From sequence record AB366653.2: a stretch of DNA of 32,000 nucleotides; one strand, given 5' to 3'. Within the stretch, counting starts at the first letter, position 1. The number at the start of each line of letters is the position of its first letter. Position numbers and translations under genes: made by a program. Below are positions 16,893 to 27,400 of this stretch, piece after piece. The notes below the pieces were generated by a model that saw only the letters and a program-made list of their open reading frames with translations, was not told where the DNA came from and made no database searches. The stretch is from Ralstonia phage phiRSL1.

Positions 16893-17309
16893 TCAGCCTC
16901 TTCCGGAGATGCTCAACAGTGCACCATTGCCGTTCAGTAGGTCTTGAACTTCGGCGATTTGTGCTTGAGTAAAGGTGTCCGGGACATAGGCCGTAACTTC
17001 AATCTCGGTGTTGCCCCACTGGATCACGTTGTTCTTGTCCACGCCCACTGTCACTCGACCGGGTCTCCAGTCAGTCTTTAGCGCGCCCTCGGTCACTCGA
17101 ATGTACGTAGGCTTGAGGGTAGACACTACGGCCAGCGCCGTTTCATCCCACTTGCGACCGAGCAGCGACTTGGGGAAGGGAACGCACATGCGGACTTCCT
17201 TTAACGGAGCAGTCTTGTACGCATGTGACAGGGCGATGATGTCGCTGGTCAACGGATCTTCCGCTATCGGCTCAAACCACACGCCTGAAGTGCTTCGATA
17301 GTCACGCAT
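16893..17309 (-). CDS. hypothetical protein (138 aa)
   Basis: ORF in the tandem array. Confidence 0.75.
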   Translation of the reverse strand: MRDYRSTSGVWFEPIAEDPLTSDIIALSHAYKTAPLKEVRMCVPFPKSLLGRKWDETALAVVSTLKPTYIRVTEGALKTDWRPGRVTVGVDKNNVIQWGNTEIEVTAYVPDTFTQAQIAEVQDLLNGNGALLSISGRG

Positions 17310-17310
17310 G

Positions 17311-17703
17311 TTATGCTCCTGAATGCTCCGTGTAGTAGTCGATGGTTGTCAGCCACACGTTATCACCCTTGTTTTCAGTCGGAAGCAGATTGTAAAGGGT
17401 GTAAGAACGACCTTCAAAGTCAAGCGTCACCTCCGGCCAACGCATTCGACGGCGATCGTGCAAGTACCAATCGAACTCTACGGCGAGCTCCGTTTCGTAG
17501 TCGATAAGCACCTGAGGGATTTGGACGCGACCAGCGAACGCCATGCCGTACACCTCAGGTCTCTCTTCTTCACGGACACGGAACAAAGGACCAATGCCGA
17601 GCAGGCCAAGCGGATTGAAGCGAACGGCTACCGACTTCTCTGCCGGGCGATGCCCAACCCTCTCTAGGGGCTGCTTGACGCTAGGTGCACTAAGGAGTTT
17701 CAT
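17311..17703 (-). CDS. hypothetical protein (130 aa)
   Basis: ORF in the tandem array. Confidence 0.75.
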   Translation of the reverse strand: MKLLSAPSVKQPLERVGHRPAEKSVAVRFNPLGLLGIGPLFRVREEERPEVYGMAFAGRVQIPQVLIDYETELAVEFDWYLHDRRRMRWPEVTLDFEGRSYTLYNLLPTENKGDNVWLTTIDYYTEHSGA

Positions 17704-18068
17704 CGCTTGTTCCTCGCAGGCTTAACTCGCTTCTTGCGACGGTGAACGGCCTTGGTCACACCGCGCTTGGATGGCGGCACAGGCTGTGCATACCAAGGAA
17801 GGGGCGGAGGCGGAGGGCGGTACAGATCATTTATGTGGACGACCCCTTCCATGCGCCCAATCTCCCCTGACATCAATGGAGCTTCTGGGTCCAGGGCCGC
17901 GTCTTCTGGATCTGGAGGCAGTGGTTCTGCGTCCGTCAGTTCAACCACGGGGTCCGGCGAAAGCAGACCGCTAAACGTTGTGACCTGCGGGTCAGCTGCT
18001 CCTTGCTCAAAGAGCCCCGCGTCGTCAATTGCACTCCATGACCTAAGACCACCACGTATCGGCTTCAT
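17700..18068 (-). CDS. hypothetical proline-rich protein (122 aa)
   Basis: ATG 18068 overlaps upstream stop (ATGA); DLYRPPPPPLPWYAQPVPPSKRG. Confidence 0.65.
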   Translation of the reverse strand: MKPIRGGLRSWSAIDDAGLFEQGAADPQVTTFSGLLSPDPVVELTDAEPLPPDPEDAALDPEAPLMSGEIGRMEGVVHINDLYRPPPPPLPWYAQPVPPSKRGVTKAVHRRKKRVKPARNKR

Positions 18069-18397
18069 CGCTTGGTCTCCGATACGCGGCACGTGAGCAG
18101 CAACGTGTCAGGAACGACCACTGAATGCAGATGAACTTTGATCAGACACAGCGGCTTGAATCCTTCTTCTACACGATCGCCGATGCGTAGCGCCATAAAA
18201 TGAAGCTGCGTCATGAACTCGTGGCGATTGTCCACCGTGTAGTACAGCATGGTCGGTGCCGTGCTGTCTGCCTGCTCGGCACCTACGAAGGCGAAGTTGG
18301 AACCTGCCACGCGCATGAAGGGTGCACGATTCAGGCGGTCGACGAGCAGCGGAAAGGATTGGAACGACGTATAGTTCACGTTCATGTACTGGATCAT
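18065..18397 (-). CDS. hypothetical protein (110 aa)
   Basis: ORF from ATG 18397 (MIQYMNVNYTSFQSFPLLVDRL...). Confidence 0.65.
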   Translation of the reverse strand: MIQYMNVNYTSFQSFPLLVDRLNRAPFMRVAGSNFAFVGAEQADSTAPTMLYYTVDNRHEFMTQLHFMALRIGDRVEEGFKPLCLIKVHLHSVVVPDTLLLTCRVSETKR

Positions 18398-18783
18398 CTT
18401 TGGTCCTCCGTCCAGATACGTCCGCAATGCGGGCAGCAGCACTGCACCCAGTAACGGTCCAGCGACCGATCATAATTGCCTGTGTCCGCCATGTACGTGC
18501 GCTGATGATTGGTGTGCGGACAGTTGTTGCGCAGCACTTCGAGTTGACGATTGGCGTCGCTGATCACGTTCTGCAAGTAACGATGCCGCGCCGCCACGTA
18601 GTCCAGCGACAGTGCTGGGTCCGGTTTCTTGATCGTGTGCCGTTCCCACTTCACGCCGTCGGGCAGCGACACTCGACGGTGCAAGCGCGGGCAGATGTCG
18701 CCAGCCTTCTGCTCCGCCATCATACAACGCATCGCCAATTCCGACATGGCCGGCGACAAGCAGTCGTCAGTACTAGAAGTCAT
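18394..18783 (-). CDS. hypothetical protein with C-terminal Cys/His zinc-binding-like motif (129 aa)
   Basis: MTSSTDDCLSPAMSELAM...NNCPHTNHQRTYMAD...YWVQCCCPHCGRIWTEDQR. Confidence 0.6.
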   Translation of the reverse strand: MTSSTDDCLSPAMSELAMRCMMAEQKAGDICPRLHRRVSLPDGVKWERHTIKKPDPALSLDYVAARHRYLQNVISDANRQLEVLRNNCPHTNHQRTYMADTGNYDRSLDRYWVQCCCPHCGRIWTEDQR

Positions 18784-18973
18784 GATTAAGAACTCCAACG
18801 TTAAGGCCGCCAAGTGGCGCACCCAGTGGAATGACGTAGACTGCGACCAGCCCTTCGCCGTCAGGTATGCCAGCGACTGGCGGCGTACCGTATTGGACCC
18901 AGGACCCATGCTGGTCGCCGCACAGCCATGCGAGCGCCGTTCGATCAGCCTGGAGCGTGTTGTTTGCGTGCAT
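18773..18973 (-). CDS. small hypothetical protein (66 aa)
   Basis: Fills an otherwise empty ~160 nt gap and overlaps neighbours at both ends. Confidence 0.35.
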   Translation of the reverse strand: MHANNTLQADRTALAWLCGDQHGSWVQYGTPPVAGIPDGEGLVAVYVIPLGAPLGGLNVGVLNHDF

Positions 18974-19973
18974 AGGACAAGCTCCGTTCGAGCAACGCTT
19001 CCACTGCCTTGGGCAGCTTCTTGCCGGTGAGCTTGAAGGCCATAGATTCGGCGATCAGCTCCTTGTAGTTCTTGCAGGCGTACTCGCTGACCAGTGGCTC
19101 CAGATCCTTCTTCTGAACGCCACGCGCAGGCCACACGCCCTTCAGCTCGTCACGGTACCCAGCCTCGAACAGCAGGTCCAGTTCCTTGACCGAGACGTTG
19201 TGCTGTTGGCCGATATACTTGAGGATCAAGCGATACAGCTCGGTGTCCTCTTCCGACAGGTTGGCGGTGTACGCCGACGGAGGATCTTCCTGCGCCAGCA
19301 GGCCGTCCAGCAGCCGTTGACTGTCTTCCTTCTTCACCGACTTCACGCTGATCGTGGTGTTGAACAGCTTCACCCATTCGGCGTTCAGCTTGCGACTGGT
19401 GAGGAATTCGTAATGCAGGTGATGGCCAGCCAGCTCGTGGAAGATCACGTAGAGCCAGTCGGTCTGCGGCATGGTCTCCGGCTTGATCTGCAGTCGGTGT
19501 GGGCTGCGGTCCGGCGTCTTGCTGCGTTTGTACATCCCGCTATACTTCTCGCCGTTGGCGGGCAACACTTCCCACACGCAGATATCTGGCTGGATGATGA
19601 AGTCCAAGCGATTGGCCTTCAGCACTTTGTAGGCGCGGTCGAATGCACTGACCATGGCCTTGCCGTTTTCCGGCGTGATGTCGTAGAAGAAGTGGATGGC
19701 GCCAAACTGGTCGTGCCACTTCTTGCCGCGATACAGCGAATGCAGGTCCCACCCATGCACCTTACCAGGATGTGGATTGGGGCCAGCGTTGAGAATCACC
19801 TTCTTGACCGGGCATTCGAAGACCGAACGCTTCTGCTTCAGGTGTGGGTCCTTCTCGATGATGCCGGAAACGATGCCGTTACTGATGGACGACACCTTGA
19901 ACAGCACAGGTTTCTTGGCTTTGGAGTCGGCTTCTTGTCCGAAGACATAGTCGCCCTTCTGGATTTGGATCAT
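18945..19973 (-). CDS. putative zinc metallopeptidase-like protein with HExxGH motif
   Basis: 342 aa; DWLYVIFHELAGHHLHYEF plus downstream KNYKELIAESMAFKL as possible third ligand. Confidence 0.5.
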   Translation of the reverse strand: MIQIQKGDYVFGQEADSKAKKPVLFKVSSISNGIVSGIIEKDPHLKQKRSVFECPVKKVILNAGPNPHPGKVHGWDLHSLYRGKKWHDQFGAIHFFYDITPENGKAMVSAFDRAYKVLKANRLDFIIQPDICVWEVLPANGEKYSGMYKRSKTPDRSPHRLQIKPETMPQTDWLYVIFHELAGHHLHYEFLTSRKLNAEWVKLFNTTISVKSVKKEDSQRLLDGLLAQEDPPSAYTANLSEEDTELYRLILKYIGQQHNVSVKELDLLFEAGYRDELKGVWPARGVQKKDLEPLVSEYACKNYKELIAESMAFKLTGKKLPKAVEALLERSLSYARKQHAPG

Positions 19974-19997
19974 AAGCGGAAGACGTTGGTTGAATGC

Positions 19998-20024
19998 AAA
20001 AAGAGCCGACCATGTGGTCGGCTC
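19998..20024 (-). terminator. rho-independent terminator
   Basis: Minus GAGCCGACCA-CA-TGGTCGGCTC-TTTTT, 10 bp perfect stem. Confidence 0.85.
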
Positions 20025-20036
20025 CTTGAACTGCTA

Positions 20037-21134
20037 TCAGGACTGCGCCACGGGCGGCGGCACTTCGGTCTGCGGCTGGTCAACCTGCAGGTTGGTGTCT
20101 GCGGACGTTTGCGCGGTATCCAGCGTCAGCTCAATCACGTCGACCTTCACTTCCTGCGGCTGCGGCGTAACCAGATCGTCAGTCACCACTTCAGTGGCCT
20201 TGGCATCGTCGATCACCTGTTCCAGCTCCAGCGGAGTGAGCAGGGACGCGGTGGTTGCGCCGTCGCTTTCACCGCCGTGATGCGTGTGCTCTTCGATCTC
20301 GTCGGCGTCGGCACCCAGATCATTGGTGCCGACCAGCACGCTCGCGTACACGGCGCCATGCACAACTTCCGGGTACACGCCCATGAACTCGGTCCAGATC
20401 ACGGTGTCGCTGTAGTACGGAGTGCTGATGGTGAACGCGTCCACCGTCGAAGAGTCTTCGCTCGGAATGAACGCCGACTGCAGCGCGTTGAGCGAAATGC
20501 CGTTGCCCAGCGAGAACAGCAAGCGATGCTGGGTCAGCGTCAGGTTCTTGTTCGGCTCCTGGCTGTACATCACGAGCGCGTTCTTCAGCTGCTCTGCAGT
20601 AAGGCGCGTGTTTTCGCCGGCCGACATGATGAAGTCGATGCCCAGTTCGCCGGGCTTGTTCTCGTCCGATGCGTCAGCTTCCAGCAGTTGCTCTTCCAAC
20701 TGCTCGGCCAGCGTCTTGGTGCGACGGCCGATGATCTCGTTGGATTCGACCAGCGCACGCTTGGTCGTGGCGTTGGGTTCGGCTTCCGGCTTGGTCAGCG
20801 CCAGCGGTGCGCTGTCGTCGCTGGACGTGGCCACCACTTCTTCGTCTTCGTCATCTTCATCGTCGTCCGAGAACTGGAGCAGATTGTCCAGGCGCTGTTC
20901 GAGCTCGGGGTCGATGTTGTGGAAGGCGTAGCGGCTGAAGAAGTCGACGAGGCCCGAGTTGTAAACGGCGCCCGTGTCGTCAGCGTAGATGACCTGCGGC
21001 GGATGTTGCTTCTGCACACGTTCCGGCAGAGCAGTGTTGGTGATGTGCAGCACTTTCGACAGACGGCCGTTGGCGTTCTTCTTCCAAACGCTGCCCGGAG
21101 TCAGCAGGTCAAGTTGGTCTTGGAATTGTTCCAT
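20037..21134 (-). CDS. hypothetical acidic protein (365 aa), possible virion protein
   Basis: ORF with own motif-type promoter and terminator; no recognised domain. Confidence 0.75.
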   Translation of the reverse strand: MEQFQDQLDLLTPGSVWKKNANGRLSKVLHITNTALPERVQKQHPPQVIYADDTGAVYNSGLVDFFSRYAFHNIDPELEQRLDNLLQFSDDDEDDEDEEVVATSSDDSAPLALTKPEAEPNATTKRALVESNEIIGRRTKTLAEQLEEQLLEADASDENKPGELGIDFIMSAGENTRLTAEQLKNALVMYSQEPNKNLTLTQHRLLFSLGNGISLNALQSAFIPSEDSSTVDAFTISTPYYSDTVIWTEFMGVYPEVVHGAVYASVLVGTNDLGADADEIEEHTHHGGESDGATTASLLTPLELEQVIDDAKATEVVTDDLVTPQPQEVKVDVIELTLDTAQTSADTNLQVDQPQTEVPPPVAQS

Positions 21135-21184
21135 TTGAGGTTGAACCTTTCGCGAATAGGTTGAGTGTCAGTTGGTGACCCGCT

Positions 21185-21616
21185 TTATTTACTGGCGGGA
21201 ACCGGGTCCAGGTTAAATGCCTGCCGCACAATACGCGCCAGTCGCCGGTGAGTAGCGGCGCACGTGTCATGCGTTGTGGCCCACGCACCAAGCAATTCCA
21301 ACACCTGTTCCTTGTTGTAGGTGCGGAGTTCGGGACGCGGCAGCGGCTTGCAGTCTTCGAGCAGTCGCTCGTCGATATCCACGCTCGTCTTAACTTGGAC
21401 CGTGGGCGTGGGCGGAGTGGGCACAACCGGCGCCGGAGCACAACCAGCCAGCAGCACGATGAGCAAACTCACCAGCAGTGCAGTGAGTACGAACTTGAGA
21501 TTGCCACGTTTCATGTTGGCGGTCGGGTAAAAGAATTGATGAAGCTGATACACGCAGAACGCGATCAGTGCCAGTACGCCAGCGCCAAGCCTAATGAGGT
21601 CCCGGTCCATTTCCAT
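21185..21616 (-). CDS. Rz1-like outer spanin lipoprotein, possibly with N-terminal TM extension
   Basis: 143 aa from ATG 21616 (SD AGGGGA); lipobox LLAGC followed by Pro-rich APAPVVPTPPTPTV; overlaps end of Rz-like gene. Confidence 0.6.
   Translation of the reverse strand: MEMDRDLIRLGAGVLALIAFCVYQLHQFFYPTANMKRGNLKFVLTALLVSLLIVLLAGCAPAPVVPTPPTPTVQVKTSVDIDERLLEDCKPLPRPELRTYNKEQVLELLGAWATTHDTCAATHRRLARIVRQAFNLDPVPASK
21186..21193 (-). promoter_or_regulatory. late-promoter-like motif AGTAAATA
   Basis: Minus CCCGCCAGTAAATAAAGCGGG, 52 nt upstream of ATG 21134. Confidence 0.55.
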
Positions 21617-22058
21617 TTGCTGTCCCCTGATTGAGTGGAGGTGCCTGCGGGCCAAACACAGGGCTGGCGTCCAGCAGTTGATTGATGGCGTCGGCCATCG
21701 ACGTATCGAATCCGCAGCTTGCAGCAGACTGCTTGTTCTGCGTGACGTACTTAGTGATCACCGTCTGTCGCTGCGCGGTGACGCGCTGCGTAAGATCCTG
21801 AATGGTGGCTGCATCCAGATGCGACTGCCGTTCCAGGTCGGCGATGCGCTTGTTGGTGGCTTGATGCTCGGCGTTCTGCTGATCGATCATCTGATTGATG
21901 GTCGTCTGCTGCGTGTTCCACGCTTCCTTGTGTCCAACGTCGTAGCCTTTGGCATAGCCGCGACTGTTGCCAACAGAGTAGGCACCGACCACAGCGGTCA
22001 CGAGGATGATGAGCATCGCGCCATACTTGGCCGCGTAACTAGCGAGAAATGGGGGCAT
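21591..22058 (-). CDS. Rz-like inner spanin
   Basis: 155 aa from ATG 22058 (GGAG SD); N-terminal TM GAMLIILVTAVVGAYSVGNSRG and coiled-coil-like periplasmic region, followed by overlapping lipoprotein gene. Confidence 0.65.
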   Translation of the reverse strand: MPPFLASYAAKYGAMLIILVTAVVGAYSVGNSRGYAKGYDVGHKEAWNTQQTTINQMIDQQNAEHQATNKRIADLERQSHLDAATIQDLTQRVTAQRQTVITKYVTQNKQSAASCGFDTSMADAINQLLDASPVFGPQAPPLNQGTANGNGPGPH

Positions 22059-22356
22059 TGACAGCTCCTCGTTGATGGCTGAATTCCGGCAGCGGGTCAC
22101 TGAATTGGTGACCATGCGCCACATAGTTTGCGCGGTAGTAGTTAAGGCACGCATCAGGGCCAAGCGCAGCGCACTCACGGAACTGAGTGCGGTGATCGCC
22201 GCGAAGGATGTAGAAGCGTTCCATGTTGCCGATTACCAGCGACGTCGTAACATCACCGTACACTTCGGTGTCGGTGTCGTTGTAGCTGATGTAGAAGCCG
22301 TCGCCCTCCAGGATTAGGTTGGGGGCGCCCGGTGCACAAACCCATTCGAAGTTCAT
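22039..22356 (-). CDS. hypothetical protein (105 aa)
   Basis: ORF with AGGAGA SD upstream of ATG 22356. Confidence 0.75.
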   Translation of the reverse strand: MNFEWVCAPGAPNLILEGDGFYISYNDTDTEVYGDVTTSLVIGNMERFYILRGDHRTQFRECAALGPDACLNYYRANYVAHGHQFSDPLPEFSHQRGAVNAPISR

Positions 22357-22365
22357 AGAATCTCC

Positions 22366-23397
22366 TCAAAAGAACTTGCTCTTCAATCGATCGATGATGT
22401 GCTGCGGGCAGTTGCCTGGATCCCACAACGCGACGCCAGCAGCCTTCGCTGCCTTAGACGGCGAAGGCTGGTCTTTGAACTTGAGCCAAGGACTGCCCTT
22501 CATTTCCCAGAGGCGAAGAGCGCGATACTGCATAAGCTGGCTTCGCTCGAATGATTCGGTGATGCGATCGGTGGCAGCCAAACCCGCACAGTCGCCGTCC
22601 ATGAACGTGATGCATCGGTCGACGCCACGTGCCTCGAGAATCTTGATCTTATCCACACTCCAACTCTGCGTTCCGAAGATGCAGACTGCTGGAATACGGT
22701 TGGACAGCAGGCGCAGCGCATCACGTTGCCCTTCCACGAGCACGATGCTGGTAGAACCCAGCTCTTCCATAAGTTGGATGCTGTAGTTCAATGGCCATAG
22801 ACCGTGAGTCTTAGACCATGTGCTGGCCGCTGATTTAGCCAGAAGATAGCTGGGTTTGTCCTCTTCCTTCTTCAATCGTGCCAGGAAGTAACCTACCTGC
22901 TGATCACCAATCTGCACCGGGAAGTGGATGAACTTCTTACCATAGCAGTGATAGTCCTCCAGCCACTTGCGAGCCAGACGCCCTCCCAACTTGATGAGCA
23001 GGTCCGTGGAGATGCCGCGCCACTTCTTGCCAGCGGGCAGCGGGCTGAACTTGAACTCATCCCTCACGAACTTGTCGCTCGACATGAGTAGATTCATGCC
23101 CTTGTCTATCTGCAAGTCCTGGGCCATGCGTACGCTGGGGGCCTGTCGGGTGAATGGCTCCAATCCAAGTAGAGGCGCCACCTTATCCCACGTATGGCCT
23201 TTCTCGCATGCGAAGCAGTAGAAGGATCCAGGACTGTACTTGCCATCCCCAACCGTGACGAACGCGCTAGGCGTGTTCTCGCTGTGGAACGGACACAGAA
23301 TCATCATCCGGTGTCCGGTCTCCTTCTTCACTCCGCTGTAGCGCGCCATCTGCTGGCGCACAAACTGCAACTTCTCTTGTCTAGTTAGCGGATCCAT
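22366..23397 (-). CDS. DnaG-type DNA primase
   Basis: 343 aa; CHC2-type zinc finger CPFHSENTPSAFVTVGDGKYSPGSFYCFAC, TOPRIM IVLVEGQRDALRLL ... CITFMDGDCAG. Confidence 0.85.
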   Translation of the reverse strand: MDPLTRQEKLQFVRQQMARYSGVKKETGHRMMILCPFHSENTPSAFVTVGDGKYSPGSFYCFACEKGHTWDKVAPLLGLEPFTRQAPSVRMAQDLQIDKGMNLLMSSDKFVRDEFKFSPLPAGKKWRGISTDLLIKLGGRLARKWLEDYHCYGKKFIHFPVQIGDQQVGYFLARLKKEEDKPSYLLAKSAASTWSKTHGLWPLNYSIQLMEELGSTSIVLVEGQRDALRLLSNRIPAVCIFGTQSWSVDKIKILEARGVDRCITFMDGDCAGLAATDRITESFERSQLMQYRALRLWEMKGSPWLKFKDQPSPSKAAKAAGVALWDPGNCPQHIIDRLKSKFF

Positions 23398-23408
23398 ACC
23401 CAATCACA

Positions 23409-24101
23409 CTACGTCAGTTCTCGGGTCAACGTGGGCACTTCGGGGTCTTTGAACAGGTAATGCTCAAGGCTGTTGAAGCATTTGAGGACGCCGTCCACTC
23501 CCGTATGCGTTTGACTCCACTTCCACCACTTGCCGCACAGTGCTTGGCTGTATAGGAAGAGGGGCCGATCGTTCAGGTCAGGGAAGCGGTAATACACGTA
23601 ACGAGGGAAGTCGTGCTGCCGAGTGTCCTGCACGAACCACTGATCCGTGGTCAGCACCAAGCGCACGCCGTTGTTCACGGTGTCGTACACGCCAATCACG
23701 TACACAGTGCGCCCTCGCGTCATGACTGCTAGATGCCCATGCTGCCCGCTGTTCACCATGAACGAGGTGAACAGCCAGCTATGCAGAAGAATCTGCTGCT
23801 GGATGCGATGCAGCTTGTACAACTGGCGGCTGGACTCGAACTCGGCTTCCATCAACGGAAGCCGCTCCTCCAGCACACTATTTACTGCTTCGGGCGTGGA
23901 TCCAACCGTGAACACCGAGAACGACTTGGCACGCTGGGGCACGTGAATAGCGACAGGCGGCACTTGTGCGGCTTGCACCTGACACTCGCCACGATAGCGG
24001 TGAGGGGTGTGGTTCCACGTGTGTGGGTCTTCAAACTGGGGGAAATTAGACTGCGGTCCGTTGGCGGACAGCACAAGGCTTGCGTATAACTGGCGAGCCA
24101 T
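23409..24101 (-). CDS. hypothetical protein (230 aa)
   Basis: ORF in the tandem array. Confidence 0.75.
   Translation of the reverse strand: MARQLYASLVLSANGPQSNFPQFEDPHTWNHTPHRYRGECQVQAAQVPPVAIHVPQRAKSFSVFTVGSTPEAVNSVLEERLPLMEAEFESSRQLYKLHRIQQQILLHSWLFTSFMVNSGQHGHLAVMTRGRTVYVIGVYDTVNNGVRLVLTTDQWFVQDTRQHDFPRYVYYRFPDLNDRPLFLYSQALCGKWWKWSQTHTGVDGVLKCFNSLEHYLFKDPEVPTLTRELT
23881..23888 (-). promoter_or_regulatory. AGTAAATA motif copy inside a CDS
   Basis: Minus AAGCAGTAAATAGTGTGC; about 480 nt upstream of the primase start. Confidence 0.25.
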
Positions 24102-24110
24102 AGAAACCTC

Positions 24111-24488
24111 TCAGTGGGTCGTGGCGCGCACCTGAAAGTCAGGAAGCGGGTCGTTGTTGATGAGCCCTCCAAACTGAAGGGCCAGTTCCTCTGGATCAGC
24201 GATATCCAGTGTCGTGATGTAGGACACTATCCAATTGGTCGCCCGTTCGATGTCGCGAGTGAAGAGCAGGTTGCTCCACACCTCGCGCACGAAGATCGAA
24301 TAGTAGTAAGAAGACGCCGGGGACAGTTCAACTATCAAGATCTGGTAGTTGGCCCACCCCGTGTCCACTTGTCGAGCCATCACCGCGTAGGTTGCATACG
24401 GATGTTGCTCCAAGTCGCTTATCACGTACTCCAATTCGCCAACCCGATTCACTGCATACCGTTCGCTGACGGCATCGGTATCGGTCAT
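24111..24488 (-). CDS. hypothetical protein (125 aa)
   Basis: ORF from ATG 24488 between polymerase gene and the 230 aa ORF. Confidence 0.7.
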   Translation of the reverse strand: MTDTDAVSERYAVNRVGELEYVISDLEQHPYATYAVMARQVDTGWANYQILIVELSPASSYYYSIFVREVWSNLLFTRDIERATNWIVSYITTLDIADPEELALQFGGLINNDPLPDFQVRATTH

Positions 24489-24490
24489 TG

Positions 24491-27400
24491 TCACTCCATG
24501 AACTCTGCAACAGCTTCGGAGATCTGGCGATCAAGGTCTGTGACCCCCAGCAGCGGATAGCTCTTCTGCAGAGCACGGCGTACCTTCGGATCAGTCCACG
24601 GCCGGAACACGCGGCGCAGCACGTCTTCCTTCTTGCCCTCCAGCACACCCAGCTTCTCGGCGTCGTCAACAGCCGCCTTCAAGTGAGCGACCAGCTCCTT
24701 CACGTCCCACGACCACTTGCGGCTCTTGTCGTCGGACACACCGATTTCGCACTCGATCTCAGGAGCAATCGTCCACTTGAAGTTGAACGCCTTCTCGTAG
24801 GCAGCTTGCACGCCGTACGTTGCTTGATACTGCAAGATGTGGATGAAGGGGATCACCATATCGTAGGGAACCATCTTGTACAACGCATCGTGCACTGCGC
24901 GTTGACTGAACACCCGCAGCTCCCAATCCGAACGATCGATGCCCAGCATTTTCTTGAGCTTCGGTAGCCGCTTGTAGTACTCCGTGATGATCAAGCGATC
25001 TGCCTTGTTGCCGATCTCGCTGGCCACCCCTTGGATTGGCGCGTTGGTGCCACGCCGCACCTGCTTGCTGATGATTCGCTTGTCACCGGTCATGGCGGCG
25101 TACAGGTGACGAACGCGGCCATTGAACGAGTAGACGTAGAACTTCTCTTCAGCCATCTTGGACATGCGCTGAATCCAGCGGTGACCCGCCTTAAATTCAC
25201 CGAACATCTTGTCGACGATGCCTTGCGCGTATTCCGAGCGATCTTCGTTGAACAGGGCGGTCAGCTTGTCGTCCAGCTCTTCCAGCATCTCGTTGATGCG
25301 CGCCAGCCGCTTCGCGTCCTTGCACGTCAAGCTCTCGTCGTACAGCTTGGCAACCTCAGCGCGCAGACTGGAGATGTCGCCTTCCTTGGTATCCTCGCCC
25401 AGTGTCTCAGCGCCCTTGCCATAAATCACGCCGAACACAACCTTCTTAACAGCGTCACGCAGTGGGTGATCCTTGTCCACCAGCTTCTTGAAGAAGCGCT
25501 GCACGTTGAGAATGTGGAAGTCACCCTTCTCCTTCAGCGCCTTCTTGTTGGCGTCCGACGGATCTTGAATGAATGCCTGACGCAGCTCAAGGCCAGTGCG
25601 GAACGCGGCGGCGATCACCTTGTCGCCGGACGCCACACTCCAGATACGAACTTCATGTGCCGAATAGTCGAAGCGCACCAGCAGGTAGCCGGGGCGCGCA
25701 ACGAACAGCGTCTTCAACAGTTTGGACAGCGGCCCGCGACTTGGGATCTGCTGGAGGTTAGGGTCCTTGGAACCCAAACGACCAGTATCCACAAGGAAGT
25801 AGTCAGCGCGCAGGCTGTCGTCAGTGGACTCGTCAAGCGCGGTGTTCAACCGACGCGACCATGCCTTGACGTAGGTGGAGATCACCTTGGTCAGCGCCTG
25901 ATACTCGCCATACAGCGCCACCACCTTGTTCTTGTCCTTGTAGTGCTTGATGAACTCCTTGTCGATCTGCGGCTTGCCCGTGATCTTGGACATGGACAGC
26001 GGTTCCAAGCCCAGCACGTCGAAGAACAGCTTGGCCTTGTGGTCAGGCTTCGTGGGTTGGAAGATCCACTTGTCGCTAACGCCACCAAACAACGACTTGG
26101 CCTTGAACCCAGAGTCGCTCAGCAGTTCTTTGTTGGCTTTGCGCACTTCGTTCATGAGACGCAACTGGTCTAGGGTCTTCGCCATCATCTCGCGCAGTGG
26201 GCTCTTCGGCCCCATCAGATGCTTGAGCGCCGGGCGCGACAGACTGCTGCCGTCGTTGCGCATGTGTGACAGCGCGTGCGCCGTATCGCTCATCTGCTGC
26301 TCCATGTGACGAACGAAGTACGGCGCGAAGCTCTGGCCATCGATCTCCATGTACGAAGCACGCTTGATCTGCATCTGACGGATGTGCGCAATCGACACGG
26401 TGTCGGTCGACGCATACTCCAGGAAGTCAGGGTTGTCTGGCTTCACCTGTCCACTAGTGCTACGCTGCGCCTTGGAGAAGGCCGCAGTGTAGTAGTGGTC
26501 GTTGCCGTAGCTGGTAAAGATCGGAGCCAAACCACCATACGTCGCTTTCTTCCCGTCAGGGTTCACGGCATTGGACGCCGCGTTCAGTAGGCTGGCGTTC
26601 TCGTCAAGGCTGTGCTCCGCGAACATGATTTCCCACACCGGCAACCACATGATGGGAATGCGCAGAATCTGGCGGATCACGCGCAAGTCAAACATGTGGC
26701 CGTTGAAGGTGATGAGCAAGGGACCGGTCTTGGCCGCGAACCGCTGGCGCAGCTCACGCTTGATGTACTGACGTTCTTCCTTCGACCAGTGAGTAAGCGG
26801 ATGGTCGATAGCCAACACATAACCCGCGTTGGGATTGTGATTGGTGGTGAACTGCATCGTGTAGATGCGGTTGTGCAAGCTGCTCAGGTTCTTGGTTTCG
26901 GTATCCAGTGCGCAGTATTCGGCAGTGTCAAACCGCTTCATCAGCTTGTCGAACTGGTCGATAGTCTTGATGAAGCGAGGCTCTGCCTTGACATGCGCCA
27001 GCGAGAACGGATGATGCTCGATCAGCAACTGCGCAAGGTGACGCGTCCAGAAGCCGAGCAAGTTGGCCAGTGCCCCATTCTTATCCAGCAGCCGGGCAAA
27101 GTCCAGGGTGGACGCGGCCTTGAACGAGAAGTCATCTTCCTTCAGCGTATGAATCCAACCCCGCTTGTAATGACCGTACGCAATCTGCGGATAGGTGACG
27201 GACAGCGCCTCGTCACCTGAGAACAGAACGTGCGTGGGGCGAAGCTTGCGAATCATCTGGCGCAGACGGTCAGCGAATACCAGTTCCGCGTCGTGGCGCC
27301 CACGTGACGACATGTGCAGATGGCGTGCCGCGTTGAAATTGGCCACGGCCAAAGCATATTCAGGTACCGTCTTGTCGGTACCGCGTAGGTAGGTCTGCGC

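Noticed and set aside
18867-21164. 765 aa plus-strand ORF
   Set aside because: Lies antisense to two well-supported minus-strand genes and crosses their terminator; high-GC antisense open frame.
23881-23888. Sixth AGTAAATA copy as a definite promoter
   Set aside because: It lies inside a CDS and about 480 nt from the next start, so kept only as a low-confidence motif instance.
25031-26173. 380 aa plus-strand ORF
   Set aside because: Antisense to the DNA polymerase gene.
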